The notes beneath the pieces were generated by a model. That model was not told where the DNA came from. It searched no databases and saw nothing but the letters and a program-made list of their open reading frames with translations. This document shows, piece after piece, positions 15,623 to 24,161 of a stretch of 32,014 nt of DNA. Both the position numbers and the translations under genes were made by a program. Each line of letters starts with the position of its first letter. Within the stretch, counting starts at the first letter, position 1. The stretch covers positions 1-32,014 of IMG/VR virus record IMGVR_UViG_3300048889_000034, one strand, 5' to 3'. The DNA is from a virus (lineage: Duplodnaviria; Caudoviricetes).

Positions 15623-18600
15623 CTAGGCGACGCTGCGCGTCTGAGTCTCGCCTTGGTCGTCGTAGCTCAGAATGAACTGGTGCAGCCGCATGTTCACACT
15701 GAGGTCCGCCCAAGTCGCGGTCTCAATCCGGTAGCCGTCGCTCTGCGTTGTGAACGTGAGCGGTACCTTCTCGATTTGCAGTTCGATGCCCTGACGCGTG
15801 CCGTCGAGGCCGAGCACCAGTAGGTCGCCGTTGAGCGTCGAGCCCCACAACTGCCCCAAGCCCTGCGCGAGTTCACCGATGCTGGCCCCTCGCTCCATGA
15901 GCCCGACGGTGCCGGAGTCGAAGGAGAAGGTGACGCCAGAGCCGGTGGCGTTCGCGGCGCGGCTGAGGGTGATGCTGGAGGCGCTCGCCGCGAGTACGAT
16001 GGTGCCCTCGTCGATGCCCGTCCCCTGCACACGCATCCCCGGAAGCACAGACCCGAACGTCGCGCTGGAAGTCAGCGTGACGCTGTTGACGGTGCTGTTA
16101 CCAACCGCGGTGATTTGCGACCCGTAGTTGGAGTACAGGAGATACGCCTTGTAGAGGTGCGTGTCGTGCGTGATACCGCACGGGTAGAGACGGCGCGTCT
16201 TCACGATGGGCACGATGGGCGCACTCGTGAGCGAGTTGCTCGCGTTGTGCACCTGATACCCGCTCGCCTGTGCGACGCCAAAGTCCTCTTGGTAGACGAA
16301 GCCGTTGGTCTCGTGGCCGGTCAGGAGGAACGGCTGGCCGGAGAGCATGGCTTCCATCGAGGACCGCCCGCTGATGGTCAGCGGCCCGACACATGGGAGG
16401 AAGTCGCCGTCCTTCATCTTGTCCGCCGCGTAGCTCCACACGAGCGCACGGGTGTTCTTTGTGTGCGTCGCGCCAGCCGGGCAGTAGTATAGGACGAGCC
16501 ACTTCTCCTTCGGGTAGACGCGGAACACGCAGGACGACAGCGCGGACAGCTTGACCGTGTTCGCCCAATCGAGGTCCATGTTCAGCGGGCGCGTGGTGAT
16601 TGCGTCCGTGAGCATCGGACCTGCCATGGAAGCGTACGCCAACATGGTCCCGCGGTTGGGCCAGTCGAACTTCACTGCCGCGAGGGGGCCAGCGATGCCG
16701 TGGTCCGTCGCGAGGTCGCTGTGAGCGATGCCCGTCTGGAAGTCCGTGTCCTGCTCGGAGGGCAGGTAGTTCACGCGCTTGATGCCGTTCTCCATGCCGA
16801 CCACGAGCACGTCGCCGAGCGACCGCATGAAGGTCACGCGGTCCTTGCGCTTCGTGGTGTTGAAGCGCATGACGTACGGGCCGGGGAACGCCTCGGGCTC
16901 ACCGGGAAGGCTGAACCGAATGGCGGTCTCGTCGGCGAGGTCGTTCAGCACGAGCGAGCCTTGGAACACGTCGCCAGTGCTGCACTCGGGCGGGAGCCTG
17001 CGGGCGGGCTCGCTCACCGTGTCGCCGACCTGATTACGGTAGGTAACGCAGCGGAACGGGACGCCGTTCAGGTTGATGCTGCCCGACTGGTAGAAGATTT
17101 CCACGCGCACGCCGTCAATCATGAGGCGCTGCCGCGACCCGGTGCCAGTCTTGCCGATGATGACCGTGAGGCCGGTCAGGTCAGTCGTGCTGTTCCAGTT
17201 GACGCCCCACGTGTCCAGTTCTCCGCCGTGGCGCACGTAGCCGTACGCTCCGAACTCGGAGAAGATGGCCGGGTCGCTTTGCTTGGAGCCCGACTTGAGG
17301 TAGACGTAGTACCCAGCCTTGCGCCCGGCGTTGCCACTCGGGTCTGCCTGCCCGGCCACCGTAACACGGATGCCGAGCACACTGTAGCCAGAGTACGGCA
17401 ATCCGACGTTGAAGCCGAACGTGCCGAGCACGTTGCCACACGGGGCAGAGTTCTCGGAACCGCTGGTGCTCGACCCGGACTTCGCGCGGGCGAAGTTGAA
17501 GTCGAATGCACCGAGCATGTTCTGCGGATTCGTGAACTGCGTGCTGACTTCCGCACCCACGTTGACCGTGGGATAGGCAAGTTGCGTCGCGCGCGACTCG
17601 TTCAGCGTGAGCGTTTGCCCGGAGGCTGCGTTCATGCGCACCTTCGCGACGCGACGGAACGCGGCCAGCGAGGGGATGGCCTTGTTGTCAGTCGTGGGGC
17701 CGTACATGTACACGCCCCAATGCGTCGAGAGCCGCCCATCGAGGCCGGTGTTGACCTTCGGCGGGAACGTGATGGTCACGCCATAGCCGGTGCTCGCGGG
17801 GATGTTGACCGCGACCGGTTCGACGCCATTGTCCGTCTGCTTCGTGTTCGCGAGGTAAGTGCCTTCGACCTCGTTCGTCGTGTCGTTGCTATTGTTGTCT
17901 TTCGCGTCCGGGTCCCAAATCTCCGTGCACAGGAACCAGAAGTACCCGGTCAGGAGCGAGACAGGCCACGCGTAGGCCGCATTGGCCGCCTGCACGACGG
18001 TCGGCTGGACGGTGACAGCGTTGAGGCCACACGGACGCGTGGTGAGCGCGTCGTCGTAAGCGGTGCCACCCGTGCCCGTGCGCGGCTTCCACTGCATGCG
18101 CTGAAGAGGGCCGCGGCCGAGCCACACGAAGTAGGTTGCACCCCACTGCGTGAAGTCCATGGCCTCATCGGTCGTGCCGTTGTCCGCGAAGGTCTGCACG
18201 CAGCCGAGCCCGAACTGGAGTGTGGCCGCACCGTTCGACTGAGCGGACGAGAGTGTGACGATGTTGTAGTGGCCGGTCGTGCCCGACTGGCCGGAGACAG
18301 CGGTCACGCGCAGGGTCGAGCCCGTGGCGGTGACCACGATGGAGCCGACCACATCCGCGAGGAACGGGAAGCCCGTGGTCGCGGTGAAGGTCGTCGTGCC
18401 GGAGACGGTGCCCGCGATGCTGGCGGGGCCGCCGATTTCGACCATCGGATTGAACGTGAGCGTGTTGGTGCCGCTGCCCGTTGCCGCGATGGAGAGCACG
18501 AGGCTGCTCGCGTTGGTGACGCTGGAGACCGTGGTGCCCGGCGCGATGTTCGTACCGATGACCGCCCAGCCCGCTTGCACCGGACCGAAGAGCGCCGCCG

Positions 18601-18973
18601 ACGTGAGGGTCGTCGTGCCGTTCGTGGTGCAGGAAAGCTGAAGGTCCGTCGGGTCGATGGTGCCAGCCGTGGTGTAGCCCGCCGTCAGGGCCGCGTGCGC
18701 GAGCACGGTGCCGTTGTAGGCGAGAAGCTGGTCGAACCGGGTGCGCTCGAAGGTCAGGTGCGCGATGCCCTTGACGCCGGACGCCGCGCCTGCCCACACG
18801 GAGCCGAGGGCAACGCCGTTCACTGCCGTGCGGCCGGGAGCCCGCCAGATGGCGGGGTCTTTCTCCCGGTACACACAGTCGTCGGCGCGCTGCAACTCGC
18901 CCGACTTCAGGAGTCCGGGATGGCGGGCGGTAACGATGCCGCCATTGAACAGTTCTGAAAGTGGCTCGGGCAT
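15623..18973 (-). CDS. Tail nozzle / tubular protein B-like (1116 aa) with inserted beta domains
   Basis: N-terminal 'FNGGI...ELQRADDCVY...IWRAPG'; propeller-like 'VFQGSLVL...IRFSLPGEPEAFP...LGDVLVVG'; C-terminal 'QGIELQIE'; follows the adaptor. Confidence 0.72.
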   Translation of the reverse strand: MPEPLSELFNGGIVTARHPGLLKSGELQRADDCVYREKDPAIWRAPGRTAVNGVALGSVWAGAASGVKGIAHLTFERTRFDQLLAYNGTVLAHAALTAGYTTAGTIDPTDLQLSCTTNGTTTLTSAALFGPVQAGWAVIGTNIAPGTTVSSVTNASSLVLSIAATGSGTNTLTFNPMVEIGGPASIAGTVSGTTTFTATTGFPFLADVVGSIVVTATGSTLRVTAVSGQSGTTGHYNIVTLSSAQSNGAATLQFGLGCVQTFADNGTTDEAMDFTQWGATYFVWLGRGPLQRMQWKPRTGTGGTAYDDALTTRPCGLNAVTVQPTVVQAANAAYAWPVSLLTGYFWFLCTEIWDPDAKDNNSNDTTNEVEGTYLANTKQTDNGVEPVAVNIPASTGYGVTITFPPKVNTGLDGRLSTHWGVYMYGPTTDNKAIPSLAAFRRVAKVRMNAASGQTLTLNESRATQLAYPTVNVGAEVSTQFTNPQNMLGAFDFNFARAKSGSSTSGSENSAPCGNVLGTFGFNVGLPYSGYSVLGIRVTVAGQADPSGNAGRKAGYYVYLKSGSKQSDPAIFSEFGAYGYVRHGGELDTWGVNWNSTTDLTGLTVIIGKTGTGSRQRLMIDGVRVEIFYQSGSINLNGVPFRCVTYRNQVGDTVSEPARRLPPECSTGDVFQGSLVLNDLADETAIRFSLPGEPEAFPGPYVMRFNTTKRKDRVTFMRSLGDVLVVGMENGIKRVNYLPSEQDTDFQTGIAHSDLATDHGIAGPLAAVKFDWPNRGTMLAYASMAGPMLTDAITTRPLNMDLDWANTVKLSALSSCVFRVYPKEKWLVLYYCPAGATHTKNTRALVWSYAADKMKDGDFLPCVGPLTISGRSSMEAMLSGQPFLLTGHETNGFVYQEDFGVAQASGYQVHNASNSLTSAPIVPIVKTRRLYPCGITHDTHLYKAYLLYSNYGSQITAVGNSTVNSVTLTSSATFGSVLPGMRVQGTGIDEGTIVLAASASSITLSRAANATGSGVTFSFDSGTVGLMERGASIGELAQGLGQLWGSTLNGDLLVLGLDGTRQGIELQIEKVPLTFTTQSDGYRIETATWADLSVNMRLHQFILSYDDQGETQTRSVA

Positions 18974-18981
18974 GGTCGCTC

Positions 18982-19941
18982 CTAGTACGCGGTGGGCCAG
19001 AAGTCGCCGTTACCGACGATGGGTCGGTTGCGCGACGAGCCCTGCTCGTACTGCGTCTTCATGTAGTTGTCGTCGTCGTCTTCGACTTCCTCTTCCGCCT
19101 CGCCCGACTTCTCCATCTGAGACCGCGTCTCTTCGAGGTACTGCTGCGGGTTCTCTTGGGCGCGCTTCGCTTCCAGTGCCCTCGCGCGTGCGTGGTCGAG
19201 GAAGGCGTAGAGGTACTTGTCGTGCATGTCCACGAACGTACCGTCAACGATGAACTTGCGGTAGTAGCGGACGAATATGTCGTCATCCTGACTCGGAATC
19301 ACATCGAACTTGATGTGCATGGTCCCGTGATTCTGCGTGACCTCCGAGTACGGATTGTACTGCGTGTAGTCCTGCGGCGTACCCCGCACCGTCTGGTCCC
19401 ACTGGATGCGGTCCCAATCACGCTGCCGCCTGTAGAACAGCGGACGCTTCGAGTTCGTGATGAACCGCGCCGAGTAGATTTCGTAACAGTCCGTGGGAAG
19501 ATTGTAGTCGTTTGTGCCAGACGTGATGTGCAGGTACGCGCCGAACGTGAGAACTGCCGCGGCGTCGGTCGTGCCGCCGAACGGATTCGTGAGGGTGATG
19601 GACGCTACCGTGCCGTCGCTGTTGCGGGTGAAGGATGCAATCTTCGTCCCCGCAGCGAGCGTAGCCGTGCCACTCACCGTGACCGTCTGCCCGACCTGTA
19701 CGAAGTCGAACACGGAGTCGGTCGGCGTGTTGACCGTCGAGGACCCGTTGGTGGCGGTACAGCCGGTGATGGCCGTGGTCAAGCTGTTGTCTTTCAGAAG
19801 GAAGTCCCAGTTCCGCTGCGTCTGCCAGTCCGCGTACGCGCGCCGAAGCGCCTCGTCCGCCATGTCAATCGCAGTGGGAGACTGCCCGAGCCCGAGCACT
19901 CGCGCGATATACACTCGCGCAGCGACGGTGGTCATCGCCAT
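18982..19941 (-). CDS. Head-tail adaptor / tubular protein A-like (319 aa)
   Basis: Helical N-terminus ending 'RNWDFL', 'TSGTNDYNLPTDC', 'GTPQDY' and a helical C-terminus; position before the nozzle. Confidence 0.7.
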   Translation of the reverse strand: MAMTTVAARVYIARVLGLGQSPTAIDMADEALRRAYADWQTQRNWDFLLKDNSLTTAITGCTATNGSSTVNTPTDSVFDFVQVGQTVTVSGTATLAAGTKIASFTRNSDGTVASITLTNPFGGTTDAAAVLTFGAYLHITSGTNDYNLPTDCYEIYSARFITNSKRPLFYRRQRDWDRIQWDQTVRGTPQDYTQYNPYSEVTQNHGTMHIKFDVIPSQDDDIFVRYYRKFIVDGTFVDMHDKYLYAFLDHARARALEAKRAQENPQQYLEETRSQMEKSGEAEEEVEDDDDNYMKTQYEQGSSRNRPIVGNGDFWPTAY

Positions 19942-19945
19942 TGGC

Positions 19946-21280
19946 TTACCTCAGAGGTCTTGCGAGCCTCATGATTTCCTTGTGGGTTGCAGGTTGAACG
20001 ATGGGCTTGCCGAGGTCCCGCTTCTGGCGTGCACGCGTCTCTTCGTAGAACTCGAAGAGGCCGGGGATGGTCTTGTCCGGGGTCCGGTTCGCCATCACCC
20101 ACTTGTGTGCACCCTCGTGCAGCGTGCGGCGCAGTTCGGCGTCTTCGATGAGGCGCGACAGCTTCGCCACGAACTCGTCGGGCGTCTCGAACAGAAGACC
20201 GGTCTTGCCGTCCTCAATCTCCGAGAACACCGCGCCCTTCTGCGCGAGGGTCGCTTCGACTCGGTCGGCGTGGATGTGGGCTTCATACCACTTGATTGCC
20301 GACTTGCACGAGTTGAAGACGTTGTTCACCAGCGGGCAGAGGTTGATATCTGCGTTCAGCAGGCCGCGCTTGAGCCGATAGGCCGGATACTCCACCCATG
20401 GGTGGAACTCCAGCATCGACTGCGGGACGACCTCATTTATCCACTGGAAGTACTCGCCGAACAGGACGAAAGTCATCCGGTCCTTGTACTTCTCGCAGAT
20501 GGTGCGCAGCGCGTCGCGCAGCGGGTACCAGTCGATGAGATGCGACATGCCACCCTGCCAGAGCACGCGCACCTTGTTGTCGGTGCGCACGGCGCGGATG
20601 GTCTCGTAGTGGTTCGGGTCCACCGTGTTGTGGTAGACGTAGACGTTCTTGCAGCCAATCACGTCCTCGGCGTACTTCTTGAGCATCGGGGACGCGACGG
20701 TCACACCGTGCACCTCGCGCATGATGGCGTGGCGCACCATCATCGCTTCGAGATTGCGCTGCACGTCGAAGACGACGCCGTTGAGCATCGTCTCTTGGTC
20801 CACCCACCCGATTTCCTTGCCCTCGGAGTTCTTGATGCGGTCGCCCTTGAAGTCCCGAATGTCAATGCCCTCGCCGGGCTTCAGCAGCTTCCCGTCGGGA
20901 TAGCCGCGCACGCCCTGCATGACGAAGGTCTGGTTGAACGGGTGGACGAAGTCCGAGTTGTCGTCGCAGTCCCAAATCAGCGCGGGCGGGAACACGTCCA
21001 CGCCACCCTCGGTCGTCTGGCGATGGCCGGGCTTCATGCGCTTGAGGGACTTCATGCGGTGGAGGATTTCGGGCGACACGACCGCGTAGAAGTGGCCAAT
21101 GTCGGAGTGGAGCATCGCGATGTGCGACTGCTGCGGGCTGATGTGCTCGTTGTCGTCCTCGAAGACGTGCGCGAGCCCGCGGTTCCGCAGTTCCATGAAC
21201 GGAACCATGATGCGATACCACGAGCAAGCAGACTGCTTGCCGGGGTTCAGCGTCCAGCAGTAGAACTCGGGGTTGACCAC
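19946..21280 (-). CDS. GT-B fold glycosyltransferase (GT4-like), 444 aa
   Basis: 'ACSWYRIMVPF', 'IWDCDD', 'VTVASPML', 'VLWQGGMSH', 'DINLCPLVNNVFNSCKSAIKWYE', 'IEDGKTGLL...LIEDAELRRTL'. Confidence 0.88.
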   Translation of the reverse strand: MVNPEFYCWTLNPGKQSACSWYRIMVPFMELRNRGLAHVFEDDNEHISPQQSHIAMLHSDIGHFYAVVSPEILHRMKSLKRMKPGHRQTTEGGVDVFPPALIWDCDDNSDFVHPFNQTFVMQGVRGYPDGKLLKPGEGIDIRDFKGDRIKNSEGKEIGWVDQETMLNGVVFDVQRNLEAMMVRHAIMREVHGVTVASPMLKKYAEDVIGCKNVYVYHNTVDPNHYETIRAVRTDNKVRVLWQGGMSHLIDWYPLRDALRTICEKYKDRMTFVLFGEYFQWINEVVPQSMLEFHPWVEYPAYRLKRGLLNADINLCPLVNNVFNSCKSAIKWYEAHIHADRVEATLAQKGAVFSEIEDGKTGLLFETPDEFVAKLSRLIEDAELRRTLHEGAHKWVMANRTPDKTIPGLFEFYEETRARQKRDLGKPIVQPATHKEIMRLARPLR

Positions 21281-21293
21281 GGTGGTGCTCCTT

Positions 21294-21743
21294 TCAGTTC
21301 AGCTTGATTTTCCCGCGCATGTCGCACGGGTATCCGCTCACTTCGAGGAAGTCGATGAGAGCGAAGAAGAAGTCTTTGTGCAGCTTCACGCAGCCTGCAC
21401 GAGGGTCGTACTTGTAGAGAAGCCCGTCGTCTTCAAACTCGCCGGTCTCTTCGTCGTACTTGGCGAACATGCCGAGGATGACTTGCCAGACCTCGTTGTC
21501 GATGTTCGCGACATGCTGGAACGTGCGTGTGGGGTCGAAACCGTCAGCGCGTACATACAGACCCAGCGTGCTCAAGGTCTGCTTCATCGCGCGCAGTTCG
21601 ACGACGTTCTGCCGCGTGTGCGCTAGTTTGCCACCCGCAGCGCGCCCAAGGGCGTCCGGTGCAACAGCAGCACCGAGCAGCCCGAGGGCACCTGCGTTCT
21701 GGCTCTTGATGCGGTTGACCCTGAGTTCCGCGTTGGCACTCAT
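21294..21743 (-). CDS. Hypothetical protein (149 aa)
   Basis: AAGGAG RBS; 'TRTFQHVANID' recalls small podovirus head-region proteins; function unknown. Confidence 0.72.
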   Translation of the reverse strand: MSANAELRVNRIKSQNAGALGLLGAAVAPDALGRAAGGKLAHTRQNVVELRAMKQTLSTLGLYVRADGFDPTRTFQHVANIDNEVWQVILGMFAKYDEETGEFEDDGLLYKYDPRAGCVKLHKDFFFALIDFLEVSGYPCDMRGKIKLN

Positions 21744-21755
21744 AGGTCTCCTTCC

Positions 21756-21944
21756 TTACGCCCCGTGAACCTTCTTGAGGCGCGGATTCTTGGCCTTGGC
21801 GGATTCGGACGCCTTGCGGGCCGCCGCTGCAATCATCGCCTTGCCGTGCGCGAGGGATTCGCCTTCGCCTTCCGCAGCCTTCTCCGCCGCGGACTCGAAG
21901 CCGATGTGCTTCCGGGTAGCTCCCGGTGCGCCCCGCTTCGCCAT
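21756..21944 (-). CDS. Small basic protein, 62 aa (MAKRGAPG...KNPRLKKVHGA)
   Basis: Stop-1nt-ATG coupling with the upstream gene; Ala/Lys-rich. Confidence 0.75.
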   Translation of the reverse strand: MAKRGAPGATRKHIGFESAAEKAAEGEGESLAHGKAMIAAAARKASESAKAKNPRLKKVHGA

Positions 21945-21945
21945 G

Positions 21946-22176
21946 TTACCGGCTCTTCTTGCCCGGCGTCACCACGTCGGCCTTGCCGCGCGCAGCGCCC
22001 ACAGACGGGTTGCCCACCTTCTGCGAGATGGTGTTCGATTTGTTCTGCGGCACCTTGAGGCTCGCGGGGTTGCCCTTGTCCGTGCTGGAGTCGTTCCCCT
22101 GAGGGTTCACGACCTGCTGGTTGAGCACAACACGCCGCTGCGGCTGCTCGGTGGGATTGCTTCGCTTGCTCGCCAT
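21946..22176 (-). CDS. Small basic disordered protein, 76 aa (MASKRSNP...)
   Basis: AAGGAGG RBS; no hydrophobic core; stop-1nt-ATG coupling downstream. Confidence 0.75.
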   Translation of the reverse strand: MASKRSNPTEQPQRRVVLNQQVVNPQGNDSSTDKGNPASLKVPQNKSNTISQKVGNPSVGAARGKADVVTPGKKSR

Positions 22177-22177
22177 G

Positions 22178-22430
22178 TCAGTCCTCCTTTGCGCCCTTGA
22201 ACATCTTGTGAAGGGCGTCGATGTGGCCCCTCGCGGCTTTCGCCTCGGGGGCTCTCAGATGAACGGAGACCTTTCGGGAGCAGCTTTTCGCCGCTCGATT
22301 GGAAGGGTTTCCGAATCTTGTCTTCAAGCGAGTAAAGCGCAGAGTGCATCTCGCGCGCTTTCGCCTGATGCTTGTCTTCCTCGGGCATCGCGAGGATGTG
22401 GTCACTTCCGGGCTTCGCTCGCTTGGCCAT
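22178..22430 (-). CDS. Small protein (MAKRAKPG...), 83 aa if a +1 shift occurs at the C5 run (22247-22251); otherwise 107 aa ending at 22107
   Basis: N-half is in one frame. The C-half with typical codons (EAKAARGHIDALHKMFKGAKED*) is in the +1 frame, whose stop lies 1 nt before the next ATG, as in the neighbouring genes. Confidence 0.6.
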
Positions 22431-22431
22431 C

Positions 22432-22656
22432 TCAGTAGTCCTCTCTTACAGGAGGCTGCTTGTTGGCCTTGCGTGCCCGTTGCACCGCCACCGCGGCGGT
22501 GTTCTTGTTCTTGGCCTGAGCGACGTAGTCAGACTCGGTCTTGTCCATCTTCGTACCGAGCATCATGTCGCTCATCGCCTTGTCGATGCCAGCCGTGTCC
22601 ACAGGCGCAGAGTAGTTGCCCACGTGCGCCACCGGGTTGTCACGCTTGCCAGCCAT
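22432..22656 (-). CDS. Small protein, 74 aa (MAGKRDNP...)
   Basis: ATG 1 nt after the upstream stop; GGAG upstream. Confidence 0.72.
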   Translation of the reverse strand: MAGKRDNPVAHVGNYSAPVDTAGIDKAMSDMMLGTKMDKTESDYVAQAKNKNTAAVAVQRARKANKQPPVREDY

Positions 22657-22657
22657 G

Positions 22658-22981
22658 TCAGACGTTCGCTCCGGGCATAGCAGGAGTAGCGTCAGAACCA
22701 CGAGCAGACCCGGCACCGTCGTAAGAACGTACGTCCTTGCCAGTCGCGAAGTCGATGCCGTCCGCGATTTTGGGGTTGTCGCCCTGACAGTCACGGGTGT
22801 AGTCCTTGTACGTCATGGGATTGCCCATCGCGCCCGGCGTTGCCTCGCTCTCGACCTCGCGCTGACGCTTGGCACTGGCGTTGGTACCGCTCGGGATGGG
22901 CAGATTGTCCACACCGTCCACGGGGCCGGGCTCGGGAGCCACGAACGACGTGTGCATCGGGGGACGCTTGCGATTTGCCAT
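22658..22981 (-). CDS. Small disordered protein, 107 aa (MANRKRPP...)
   Basis: GAGGTG RBS before ATG 22981; Pro/Gly/Asp-rich. Confidence 0.72.
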   Translation of the reverse strand: MANRKRPPMHTSFVAPEPGPVDGVDNLPIPSGTNASAKRQREVESEATPGAMGNPMTYKDYTRDCQGDNPKIADGIDFATGKDVRSYDGAGSARGSDATPAMPGANV

Positions 22982-23005
22982 GTTCACCTCTGGTTGGGAG
23001 TCGTC

Positions 23006-23034
23006 AGAAAGGGGAGGGACCGGAGTCCCTCCCC
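23006..23034 (-). terminator. Intrinsic terminator/attenuator after the major capsid gene
   Basis: Perfect 10-bp stem GGGGAGGGAC-TCCG-GTCCCTCCCC followed by only TTTCT on the - strand; the short U tract suggests partial read-through. Confidence 0.72.
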
Positions 23035-23063
23035 CGTCCAAACTAACAACAGGGTCAAGTGGT

Positions 23064-24104
23064 TTACGTCACACTCGACTTGTTGTTCACGTTGACGATG
23101 CGGCCGTTCGCCTTCTCGGCCAGCACCTCCAGCGTGCACTCGCCCACCACGTAGCCAGCAACCGAGTCGCCTCGCTTGCCAATCAACTCGTGGTGCACGG
23201 GCCGGAGCCACGCGATACGGTTGATGGCGCGCGAGAGGAAGAACATCTGGCCACCGGTCGCGGTCGCCGAAGCGGTCGCGGTCGTGGTGTTGGTGCTCTC
23301 GGGCACCCAACGGTCGAGCACAATCTGAATCAGACCGAAGTCCGAATCGTAGAAGTCGATTGCGCCAACCAGCTTCTTGTCAACGGCCGCGATGTTCTTC
23401 GCGTACACGTTGCCAGTACCGGCACCGGGGACACCGAACGCCGACACCTGACGCTTCACCTTCGGGCTGACGTACACCTGCTCGGGGTTTCCGCCCTGCG
23501 AGTAGATGGTGTTCAGCATGTCGTTGAAGTCGCCGACCGCCACGAGGCCGTCGTGGCCCGTGTCACCGAGCGTGCCACCGTTCGCACCCGCAAGGGCCGT
23601 GTTGGTAGCGATGAAAGCCTGAAGGCCCTTCATCACACGCGCGGTACCGGACGCGCCGGTCGCCGTGGTCAGGTTGCCGAAGCAGAGACGCTCCAGCTTG
23701 ATGGCGAGTTCCTTGCCCGCCTTCTGGACCTCGTACGCGTACTGGTCCGCGAAGCCAGCGGTATCCACCGCACGCTGCGACTCCGAAAGACCAATGTCCT
23801 TGCGGAGAATCATCGTGACGTTGAACACGCGAGCAGGCGTGGAAGTCGGGTCGAGGGACCAGTCGGAGCCTTCGATGGCACCGTTCAGGTCGTTCGGGAC
23901 AGTGCCAACGGCCGCCAGCGAATCCTGCAACCACTGGTGGTAGATGTGGCGGCAACCAACCTTCGGAGCCTGCGACACGAACGGCGTATCGTAGGGCGAA
24001 ATGTTGGTGATTTGCTCCAGCAAGTCCTCCTTCGCGACGCCGGACTTGAGGTCCGAGCCGTCGAAGGCGTACGCGCCGAAGTTGTAAGTAACAGAACCCG
24101 GCAT
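23064..24104 (-). CDS. Major capsid protein (DUF5309/SU10-like, HK97 fold)
   Basis: 'KEDLLEQITNISPYDTPF', 'HQWLQDSL', 'IEGSD', 'NVTMILRK', 'RVMKGL', 'YDSDFG', 'IGKRGDS...GECTLEV'. Confidence 0.92.
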   Translation of the reverse strand: MPGSVTYNFGAYAFDGSDLKSGVAKEDLLEQITNISPYDTPFVSQAPKVGCRHIYHQWLQDSLAAVGTVPNDLNGAIEGSDWSLDPTSTPARVFNVTMILRKDIGLSESQRAVDTAGFADQYAYEVQKAGKELAIKLERLCFGNLTTATGASGTARVMKGLQAFIATNTALAGANGGTLGDTGHDGLVAVGDFNDMLNTIYSQGGNPEQVYVSPKVKRQVSAFGVPGAGTGNVYAKNIAAVDKKLVGAIDFYDSDFGLIQIVLDRWVPESTNTTTATASATATGGQMFFLSRAINRIAWLRPVHHELIGKRGDSVAGYVVGECTLEVLAEKANGRIVNVNNKSSVT

Positions 24105-24119
24105 GGGTTTTCACCTCTT

Positions 24120-24135
24120 GGCCCCTCGCGGGGCC
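24120..24135 (-). promoter_or_regulatory. GNRA-capped hairpin in the capsid leader just upstream of the RBS
   Basis: GGCCCC-GCGA-GGGGCC immediately before AAGAGGTG and the capsid ATG. Confidence 0.5.
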
Positions 24136-24161
24136 GGTGGTTCCTGACTCCTTTCTGGTGG

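Noticed and set aside
22220-22262. Hammerhead-like string on the - strand (CTGAGA-GCC-CCCGA-GGC-GAAA-GCC)
   Set aside because: The core lacks the N7 base of CUGANGA, there is no UH cleavage site in register, and stem I cannot be formed.
22224-24131. 13-nt repeat TGGCCCCTCGCGG at 22224 and 24119
   Set aside because: A single 13-nt GC-rich match is expected by chance in a window of this size and composition.
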